Assembly (NCBI RefSeq): GCF_964355755.1
Contig: NC_092678.1
Location: 3,302,422-3,366,421 of the forward strand
Length of the DNA stretch: 64,000 bases
Direction of reading: 5' to 3'
DNA from: Antedon mediterranea
Taxonomy: Eukaryota; Animalia; Echinodermata
Both the position numbers and the translations under genes were made by a program. How positions within the stretch are numbered: the first letter of the stretch is position 1; every line of letters begins with the position of its first letter. Shown one piece after another: positions 27,001-39,000 of the stretch. The notes under the pieces are model-generated. The model was not told the DNA's origin and did no database searches. It was given only the letters and a program-made list of their open reading frames with translations.

Positions 27001-30000
27001 AAAGTTGATTCATGTTTTACTGCATATAAATAAAATTGCTATTGTTTTTTTAAAGTATTAGTTTGTGTTTTTTTAGCATTCAACGTTACTGTACAGTCTA
27101 ATCCTAGCCAGGTTTTCTACAAGTGGAAACTCCAAAAATGTTTTAAAACATTCCAGTCCTCCAAAAACTGGATACCATTGTAATAGTTTGGGTTTTTGGG
27201 ATATCTGGAACTTTTGAAAACTCTGATTTAGAGTTTTCTGTCATCTGTGATTTTTTATTGATGATAATAAATGTTTAAATATTGAATCAAAAACCAATAT
27301 TCATACCTCAGTTACTCTTTCCAAACATTTTTTAAGGAACTTTGTTTTAAGATGTTGCGGGATGAATCGATACGCCCCTTGGATACTTCCTTCGGACAAT
27401 GCTGCCACCGACTTGGTGTCAATTGAATCATGCAAAAGACTGTAGTATCTGAAATACAAGAAAAGACAACTATTTACCTGCAAATTGAAATCACGAATTT
27501 GAATAACGATACAGTGTCGTATCTGAAATGAAAAATGTACTATAACAAAAGTGCAACGCAAGTGATTGACCAATGACAAGCAACAAGTTAAATAATTCAT
27601 TTATTGTGATTGCTCAAACTACTTGCATTGCGCTTGTGTCCTAGTGGGAAGCAAGGTTTGATTTGAAGAAAATACATACAAAGCGATAACATAAATTACG
27701 GACATTACAAATAATACATTTATAAAAGGTTTTCCAGGATAGCCCAAAAAGCTTATCAGCTTATTTCCATTGGGATCCTTTACAATCTAAAATAAAAAAT
27801 ATAAACATTACAAAGTATTGCATTAAACACGTAAATATAACAAAAACAATAATATAAAAAACAAGTTAAATTAAAGACTATGATTGACTTATATAGTTAT
27901 TTGGTAGAACAGAAATGTGATTTAACATATTTCTTTAAATTAAATTTGTTTTCTATTTGCTGAATGGAATGAGGTAGGTTATTCCATGCCTTTATGCCTG
28001 TATAATAAAACGTTTTAGATATTTGACTATCAGATTTAGGAACTGAAAATCCATTGACACTACTTCTAGTCATATAATGGTGGTTAGATGAAACTCTTTC
28101 AGTTAAATAAGGTACTGATTTTCCATAAAAAATCTTATGAACATGATTAAGTTTGAGTTGGCAAATTCTATCCTCTAGACATAATTGACCGATTTGGTTC
28201 AGTTCGTCTTTACCAATATGTGCACGATTATTTTTATTTAATATAAACCTAGCAACTTTACAGACCACACAATTAAAATGCGGTTTAAGAAATCCAGAAT
28301 GATTAATTCAACCACTAAAAAATTATCAAGAATATGTCAGAAGGAGCCCACAAACATCGAGATGGATCAGTACACCGAGGTAACCGGTAACTACTCTTCT
28401 GTAAGATGTACTGGGCACACAAGCCAAACGTGTATACAATGAACCTCCAGTTTTAAGTTCTTGACTTGTATTACCATCAGAACTATGATGTAACATAGCC
28501 TTGAATCTGTGCTGATTTGATTTGAAGGCCAGGTGCGGGCAAAAAATTTCTATTGATCATACATTCCAATAATTATCGATCTATAGTTTCCCCTATGTTT
28601 CATAATTTTTTGGATTTTATTTGTGTTACACGAGCTTGTTGAAAATAAGCACTTTCTTATCAGTGGGTGGATAGTTCAAATTACACAGTAAAATCTCTAT
28701 TCTTTTGTACACAAATTTTGTAAATAGAGAGGCATTTTAAAAAGCTATGAAAAATAAACGGTGTGGTAAAAAATGTTATCAGATGACTAAATGCCATCCT
28801 GAGATGAGTAGTAGTAATTTTGTTTATTTTATTTATTTCATTTATATGTAATTTACTTTCTATGGACAAGAGTTTCCGAAATAAAAGATTGAATGAATGA
28901 ATAATATAACTTGAATTTTACATTTCTGGTATTTTTATTCAACTTCAGATTTTTATTTTCATGCTATAGCAAAAATTATCCACCGTATATCCACTAACTT
29001 TTTTCACCTTCTAGGGAGTCACCAGACATGTTATTACATTAGGTTAAACTACCTAACTACTAAAAAAAAAGTCTTCCTGGTTTTTATGGCAGAATTATGC
29101 CAAATTTTGTATTTGACCATATTAAGGGAAATTCATGTTTTTTCATCTTGATTTCTGTTACAAATATTTGATTTATGTACAATTAACCAGATATTATATT
29201 TAAAAGTATCTATGAAAGTATCTTTGCATACCTCTCTTTATCAGGTTCATCTGGTGTAGCAGGCCTTGAGAGACCTAGGGTAGAGAATGTGTAGGAAGGG
29301 AAGACGACACTAAGAACTGCTTTAGTAGGCTCATCAAATTCTCTGCTAGATTGTTCTATATCAATGGTGCCATTCAGTTTTGTGGGCTGAGAACCTGAAA
29401 AAAATTATAATTAAATATGTTAGATACCATAGGTCGTGCGTTTGATGTACTTGGTTTCTCGGAAACCTGGATAAATAAGAACACGCCAATTGACTTATTA
29501 AATATCAATGGATACAATATGTACACTTGTAATAGAGAAGGTAGAGTCGGTGGTGGAGTTTGTCTATATTTAAAAGAACAAATCAACACCGTAACACGTG
29601 ATGATTTTGTATTTAACGATAACTCCATTGATTCACTTTTTCTAGAAATAATAAACACAAACGGCAAAAATACTATTGTAGGTATGTTGTATCGACCACC
29701 AAATTCAAACGTCAACTCGTTTAAATCTGATCTAGAAGAAATCTTACATAAACTTAATCGCAAAAACAAAAACTGCTATATCTTAGGAGATTTTAATCAA
29801 GACTTATTAAAATATGACATTCAAAAAACAACACAGGAATTCACAAACATTATTTACTCAACATCTTTTAGTCCATTAATCAACTTACCCACCAGAATAA
29901 CATCGTCTTCTGCTACAATTTTAGATAATATTATTACAAATGATGATAACATTTCGCATTGTAGAGTAATAGTCACTGACATTACCGATCATCTACCCAT

Positions 30001-33000
30001 TTTCATGACAACACACTTGTCATTAAATACTAACACACAAGCTCCAATTACAAAACAAAAAATAATTAATGATACAACATTAAATAACTTGCTTATTGCT
30101 ATTTCTAATGAGGATTGGGGTGAACTATATTTATGCACAGATACCAATACATCATATAACCTATTTATTAAAAAACTATCCAATCTCATAGATAATAACA
30201 TACCTACAAAAAGTAATAAGCCAAATGGTAATACAAAGAAAAAACCATGGATCACAACAGGAATTTTGATTTCAATAAAAAAGAAAAATAAACTTTATAA
30301 AAAATACCTTAAAAACCCAACACAATTATTAAAAAATATATATAAAAAGTACAAAAATAAATTAACTCATTTAATTAGAATTCGGAAAAAAACAATATTA
30401 TTCCAAAAAACTGGATGCAGCTCGACACGATTCAAAGCAAACATGGAAAGTTTTAAATGAAGTTCTAAATAGAAAAAAATCGAGTGTTAAGCCAAATGAG
30501 GTAATTAACCATAGTAATAAAACTTTGGTATGTGATCCAAAAGGTATGTCTGACGCTTTTAATGACTTCTTCTCCAACATTGGAAATGAATTAGCAAACA
30601 AAATACCAAATGTAAACAATTCTGACTTTAAACAATATATGAGAGAGAGTCAATCCCAATCCATATTTTTCAATCCTACGAATGAAGAAGAGGTCATTGA
30701 AATAGTTAGTCAAATCAAAAATTCAAATTCAGAAGGTGTTGATAACTTAAGTAATCGCATTCTAAAACATATTATTGCTGCTGTGGCATCTCCTCTTGTA
30801 CATATCTTTAACCTCTCTCTTGAGACAGGCATGGTCCCTGATAGTATGAAAGTAGCTAGAGTAGTTCCAATTTTTAAATCTGGCAATAAAAGTGACGTCA
30901 GTAATTATAGGCCGATCTCTATTCTGCCTACCGCTTCAAAAATTCTTGAAAAAATTGTTCAAATTAGAGTAAATAATTATATCACAAAGTTTAACATCCT
31001 TAATAATGCACAATATGGTTTCAGAAAAAACAGTTCTACTTTTATGGCCGTTATAGATCTGGTTGAACGAATAACCGATGCGCTTGATAAGAAAAAAAAT
31101 ACCATCGGAATATTTATTGATTTGTCAAAAGCGTTTGACACCATCAACCATGATATACTTCTTAAAAAATTGGAACACTATGGCATAAGAGGCACGGCCC
31201 TTAAATGGTTTAGAAACTATATTAATGGAAGGAAACAATTTACGTCTATTGATAACACAAGTTCGTGTTTGATGGATATAAATTGCGGTGTACCACAGGG
31301 TTCAATTCTGGGGCCTCTACTTTTTATTTTGTACATTAACGATGTATTTAATTGCTCAAACTCGTTATCTTTTGTTTTATTTGCTGACGACACAAACATA
31401 TCTGCATCTCACGAAAACTTGGATACGCTCATAGAACTAGTTAATGGTGAACTAAAAAATGTTTCGGATTGGTTCATGTGCAATAAACTATCAATCAACG
31501 TTAAAAAAACTAATTACATAATTTTCCGCAATCAGCGAAATCCAAGTAATTTAGAGAATGTAAATATTTATGTCAACAATAAAAGAATAGATAGAGTTAA
31601 ATCGACTAAATTCCTTGGAGTACATATTGATGAATTTCTCACATATAAGAACCACATCAATGTTACAGCTAGGAAAATATCTCGATATGTAGGCATACTA
31701 TATAAAGTAAGACATTTTTTACCAACCTATGCTCTCTGGACAATATACAAATCACTCATTGAACCAGTATTAAATTATTGCAACATAATATGGTGTAGCA
31801 CATTTCCAAGTTATTTAGATGAGTTATTTAAACTCCAGAAAAGGGCATTACGAGCTATAACATGGTCAAAGTTTAATGATTCAATGACTGAATGTTTCTA
31901 TAAATTTAAACTTCTTAAAATTGCGGATATCAATAAGTACCAAATTGGGCTTTTCATGTATAATGTTACTACTAATCAGGACGTGCGTTTTTCATCGCTC
32001 TTTATTAAAAATGGTTCTTACCATAATTATAATACAAGATCTAAAGACAAAATGATACTCAGAAAACGTAATCGTACTTCTACTAGTTTTACTGTGTCAT
32101 GTGTGGGACCCAAATTGTGGAATGACTTGAATTACGAACTACAAAGTACCAAATCAATATATATATTTAAATCATTGTTTAAAGAACATTTATTATCATT
32201 TTACAAATAATTTTAAAAATAATACTTGTTGCAGGATTTAGCTTTTTTTATTATTTATGTTTTAGGTTTTTAGGCTAGTTTTTAGGGACATAGGGGGACA
32301 CAACTAATCAAGCTCTTTTGAGTTTTTATGTGTTTCCTTTTCATCTTTTTTATGTTCTCATATATTGTTGTTGTATATTTTCATGATTGAGGATGAATAA
32401 AGAATATTTGAATTTGAATTTGAAATATCAAGGACAATTACATTTGAGTTTATTGTGATAAATATTTCTGACACAAAAAAAATGAAAAAATTATTGAACT
32501 ATATATTGTTGAATAATGATTCATATAGGCAGACAACGTACATTTCCATTCTCAGACTTTATGACCCCATTTATGATTATGATTGGGTCCTGGACCGCTC
32601 CAGGATCGTGTCCAAATTTAATTGTTTGGTGTTTACCCTTGGATTCCAAATGATGGCCTTTACTTCAATTTCTTAAGCCCTTGGTCACGGTTCACTGCAT
32701 AGGTTGGCCCAAACATAAAAGTTACTCCTGGATCCACCTGGGCAGGCCCAAATCGTAAGTGTAAAAGGGGTCTATGATAAAGAAGGCTGAGTTGGTTTGT
32801 ACGTACCATTACTTTCAGGGGAACTTGATGAAATGGAAGACCCATTCTGTGATTGTCTTCGAACATTGCATGCCGACCCGGTCCGACTAGAACGTAGGCG
32901 AGGACTTGACAATGGTCTTGGATTCAAACCTGCTTCAAGGCGGTCGCTGAGATCTTGGCGTGGACTCAACGGTCCAAATCGGGGTGAAATGTCATCTTGA

Positions 33001-36000
33001 CGTGGACTTGGTGGTGTGCTATTTATTGGCGGTAGAGTGTATACTGCAGATTGAGTTGCTGTTAAAGGTCTTTGAGTTGTTAGGCTAGCGGCAGGCTCAG
33101 AATGTCTTCGATTGTGGTTAATATCTCGAGGGCTGAAAAAACAAAATAGAAAAATATTGGTTGTTTTTATTTATATACAGTAAACCGCCATCAAGCATCA
33201 AGGACACAGGCTTTTTTACATTCTATAGCAATCAGGTTTCCCCCCGTGCACATCAGCCTTCATTAGAAAAGTTCACATTCATTTTGATTCGCTTTAACTG
33301 TATTTTGTCTTTATGTCTTTTATGTGTAAACTGACTTTGGGGTTGGGTCAACCGGCTCAGCTACAGTTCACTTAGGTTGACCCTGGTCTTCCCCAATTTG
33401 AAATAGACTGCGTAAATAATGAAATAAAATGAAATTCATCCTAATACCGGACAACTTTTGGCTCAGGGCCAAATATGTCTGGTTTTCCGGAAAGTCTGGT
33501 ATTCAAAATGATTTAAATAGAAAATGAATTTAGGACTGTTTGGGAGAGTTGACTGTATACAATAATATTATAAATAGGAGTTGGATAGCTGTGTGGTTAG
33601 GACACTTGACTGTCATACAGATAGACCCGAGTTCAATTCCCGACAACTCCCAGTCCACTGAGCTGTAAATGAGTACCTGGTTAAAAATAATTGGGAGAAA
33701 AAAGGCGGCGTGGAAAGGAACTGGCCACCCTACCACATAATGCCGAGGCTTAGTACAATGAGCTCCTAACAGCTCATTCCCCTACATTCAGAGAACACAG
33801 GACTCACCTTTACCTAGACAGTATATTTATTATTACATTGGATGGTCAAAAAGTTAATTATTTTTTTATACCGGTTTATTCTTTGATAAGTGGAAATTTG
33901 TGACATGTTTTTTTTTTATCTGATTGATAAAAATGTTTGAATTGAAAATTATGAAATATTTAGTCATATGCTGAAATATGGACTGTTTTGTGTTGATGTC
34001 AATCATTGGTTTAGACACACAGACACGCACAGATACTATACGTTAATTGTCTGTATCACAAAACTCATCTTACCAATGTAAATATTTGTTGAACGCAAAC
34101 ATTGATAGTACTCTATTCACTGAACACATAGGTAGTGTTTAATAATAAATAATAAAACTTATACCTAATCTTCTAAAATCCCCAGGGATATGTAGACACT
34201 GTGTACAGTTGCCCATAGCAATGGACAACAAAACGTTTTTGTTAACAGAGAACAAGACATTGTGTGGGCAACACCTTAATATCTAAGGTAGCATTACATG
34301 AATAAACATGATCATGATTTGTGGTTTATAGTTTGAGATTATTATGTAAAACATTAATTGTGCTGCCATACAATATAAGGTCTAAATTTTAAGCCCCGTA
34401 CAGCATCCGATTCTTTGTATTGTATCTCCACATATGGCATTATATGCCCATGATCATAGGCTAATTCTGTAATAAAATGCAACATGTTCATCACATTTGA
34501 AACCTGTATTTATGCTTATGATAGGCAATTGTCAAATGTGACACTCTATCAGCGAATTGCTTGTAAGACTGTACAAAAAAAAATTGTTCTAAATGCCAAC
34601 TTTATGTCAATGGCTACCAGATGTCTTTATGAAGATGGTAACCTGAACCAGTCCCATTGTTCAACCAATTAATTATTGGACTTTATTGTACCAACCAACT
34701 GTTAAAAGGTGTAGAAGAAATTATAGGAGATCTACACTTTTCTCATCTTAGAATTATGGCATTGAAAGAACTAGCCACTTTAAATACTGTTTAATGCGAT
34801 CTTAACAATTACATATGTCTAGATGCTAGTGTCTTCCTAAATTATCATGGTGTTGTTTGATAAAGTTGCGTCTATTTATAACATTATGTAAGGTACATTA
34901 AGTCAAACATTTACAGACGTACTGTGAATGCTAAAGCTACCGACACTTGATACTTCACCAGCATGTTATTCTACACTCCACTAATCGGTTCAATGAAGTA
35001 GGCAGATAAAACGACCGTACTTAAATTTCACTTTGCTGTAATTTCAATGCAGAATCACAGTCTTTTACGGATAATTAATTAAATGAAGTGTTAGATTCAC
35101 CATAACAGTATCAGTAGCTTTATATCATCCGACTTAATTAGGCGTAACATATTATTTTTGATACAAGATAATTGCCCGACTTTTTTTGTTTATTATAAGT
35201 GCAATGTACTTTGAACATGTGACGTATTCTGTCTGTTTAGATTCAGGATTTATAAATATTTTAAAGATTTAACTTATTTAAATCATTCATGTGTGAGGGC
35301 TTTAAATTCAGCCTAGCAAACTAGGAATTTCCTAGTTGATTTTTCATAATTTATAGCCAGTTCATGTTTCTGGTTGTAATGTATTTAAAATAGTTTTGGC
35401 TCGAACTGCTAATTTGTAAAAAATATTATCAGTTTAAAGAACTACGGTGAACATTTAAATATTTCTTAATGTTAGTCGACCTACTGTATCTATCTATTTT
35501 CATTATAAGTTTATTATTTTCCACGGCAAAATGTCTTATATGTATTGATTTACAATGCCAACCAATTTACCGGCAACCACTTACATAATATTAATAATAG
35601 ACGTCATTTCATCCAAGCACCTTTATCAAACTAAACCACGCTCATTAAGACTAACAACAGGCTTGGTTATTTTTAAGATAGAAGTATTAGTTTGAGCTAA
35701 CCTTGCATTCAAAATGCAATATCAAATTACGTAGCATATTTGCTAAGTAATTTCGCAAACATTGAGTAGGCACGTTTTCTAATATGTGTGAATATGTGTA
35801 AGTGCTGGATTGAGTAAAAGTACTTTAATTAGAAGAACTTTAAAATTAAGGCCATACGAAATTAATTATTGTTTAGCTAAACATTGTTCAATAGCGAGCT
35901 TTTGATTTGCAAAAACCTACAAACAACATTATGTTATTATACCCATACAGAACATTACGATTTGCTGCCTGATTCCTCTGAACAGTTAGGTCTAATCGAA

Positions 36001-39000
36001 AGCTTCCATTTAATTTTTTTTTAATTTATAAGTTAGGCCATTGTTAGTTAAAGACAGGCTGCTTTGTATTTCTTGTTGTAGATGTCTCGTGGTTTTTAAT
36101 CATGGGGAATATTACTATAGGCCTACAGTATTTATACTGCCTCTATCTGACCTTGATGTCAAACAGTTACCTCCAAGACTCACTCAATGATAAGCAAATA
36201 ACAAAGAGCCTTGTGAGCTTCATTAATAAAACATCCATAACAATAGGGAAAGAATTAAATGTACCTGAACTCTTAAATACTAAATGAGTCTGAATGAAAT
36301 GTTATCTAAACACTAGGAATGAGGATAAAAGTGATGAACAAGTCGTCCAAAGCTCTGTCTACACTATCAAACTAGTTTGATCTGCCCAAATATGGTAGTG
36401 CTATACCCAAATATGGTGATATGATATCATGCCCATATGTGGGCATATCGCATTTCTTTGTCACATAAAGGTTGATAGTGTAGACAGAGCTTAACATAGG
36501 TTGATTTAAAGTTGATTGGATGATTGATTGAAAGAATATACTCAACCTTTTTCTTGATGTAGGTCGTGTCTTTTCAGGTAGCATTATATATTCTGGTGAT
36601 ACCGATCGAAAGCGCACACTGTCAGAGTGACTTCTTCGCGGGCTTGTAACGGATGATTGACCATTCTCGACTGCGAGTCGTTCTGTAACGACAAGTAAAT
36701 TAAACATTTAAAAACGTAGTAAAACAGAGTAACCCAGACTGGTTATAGATAAAGAGTAGGAGGATAGGAACAACATGGCACAGACATGTACCTCCAGTTT
36801 TAAGTCAGAGAAGACTTGTTCTACCACCAGGAGTGACTTGAAACTGTGCTGATTGTATAGCTATGGTTTGCGGTGCCCCTGTCTTAACCGCTTGGTCACT
36901 CAACCTGACCACTTCTACCAATTTTATTAGTTTTAATAATGAACAACATACCTTGTTTTTTCGTTATTTCATATATATAAGAGCTGGTGAGGTTACGAGC
37001 CGTTGGAGTGTAGTTGTTTGCTATGGCATCACTAACACGACGGTAAAACTTCTCTTCTTTAAAAGGTACTGCTTTCGTCCAGGCACCACTTTGTACTATT
37101 TTGGGGTTTTTACTAAACGCAGGCTAAAAAAACATTAAAATTTGATAAATATTAATAACCATTTTTTAAACAGGGGGATGCTCTTTTCCAACAAAAGGGG
37201 CAAACCTCGTCATAACCTAGGCTGGTTAAGCATATCCACTTTTTCTGATAGTCTTTAGTTTCAAAAGGGCACTTTCAGGAAAACTGACAAATTATTAATA
37301 TATTATTTATAGACATATATTTTTAGAACCTTATATAAAAAATGAAAAAAAGAAAAACATTAATAAGTCTTGTTTAGTTCATTCATGTTTAAAACCAATC
37401 CCGTAAAGCCAGTTGTTTTTTCTCGGAAATGTCAAAAGAGATCACACATCCTGTATAGGCTAGCAACGCGCGTCAGACAATAGAACAAAGTTAATTACCG
37501 CAGCGCAATCACTGAAGTTCAATATTCCCCTCCACCGCACACCTGTCGTCTATATTGTGACAGTAATTTATTGTTGCTGTGATAAATCACCAAAGAATAG
37601 CCAAGGTTCCTCTTAACACATTGAAAAAAAGACCCCAGCATTTCAAGCATTTATCATTAAACTTAAATTACACCTAATTATTTTCCCGTCAATTTTATTC
37701 GTAGATGCTAAATAATTTTTTTCTATAACACCTGTCTATTAAGCAAACCTTTCAATTAATATTATTACTACTTTAAAACTTAGCAATTTGAAACTGTGGT
37801 ATACATTTTGTAATCACTATTTTATACTGTAAGTAGTTAAGATTTTTGATATGATATGATCCCATCAACCAACATTATATCAGGATTTTCTGAATTTAAA
37901 ATTGAGTGAGGTGTATAAATAATGATTATACCTGTCTAGCACTTAGAGGTGGCAAATGGGATATTATATCTGGCCTGTGGTTTCGTTCAAAATCATTCGG
38001 CTGTGACGGACAATGGCGTACATGAGCCTAGAAAGAAATAAAAAATGTTGTCATGGTAAATAAATCACAATAGAATTGAATACAAAATAATACAGAGTTA
38101 ACTTTACTTTTACTCACAATTTCTATAAATGTCAGACACAAAAAATAAAACCCTTTTTGTTGATATTTTAATTGTATTAGTTATTTTTATTTCAAAACAT
38201 AAAATTCTTAACAGTCTCATTAAACTGTTTCAAGGCAATATAAATCTTTTAGAAATAAATTAAAATCCATTTTACGACCTTACTAAACAAAACTACATAT
38301 CATATTTTACAAAGTTCATTGTTCCTATCAATCAAACTATGATTTCAAAAGCTCAACTTCAATCACCTCTCTGCACCACCTCATCAATAAAGTCTAATTA
38401 ATTTTCTCAGTTGTTAATTTCTCACAACCTTCGTGACATCCACTAAGATGCCAAGACAATAAATATCAATTTTTACTTCTACTCTGATAATGTTAGTACA
38501 GTAACAATGATGTACACAAGAAAAATACGATTCAATATTTTAAATATATTCATTTTGTTTCAAATTGATATTAAATGCATAAATCTGTATTGAATAATCT
38601 TATATTTTTAGTTTTTAGTTTTTTGTTATTGTTTGTCGTCTTGTTTTGTTGAGGACTCCATAACATCAACTTAGATACTTGCTAGTTCACCCTCTTGAAA
38701 TATAGTGAAATAGTAAATAAATAATTTTAGTTTTCATTAAATTATTACAAATCTCTTAAAGCAAACCATTAAATAATGGTATTACCTATCTACGCATATT
38801 TATTTGAAATTAATACTGCTAAAAAAAACTGTATAATTAAAGTCTTCTGGATATCAGAATTGTAACACTAGTAGTGAAAGAATTGATAAATCAATTATAT
38901 ACTAGAATTAGGATGTATAACAATAGGCTTACAAAAACTGTAATGGGATTAACTTCAGAATATCTCTATCTAATCCGTTACTTAATCGGATCAATATTAT

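Noticed and set aside
33576-33650. tRNA gene
   Set aside because: A- and B-box-like motifs continue into a SINE body with a second copy elsewhere; no convincing cloverleaf.
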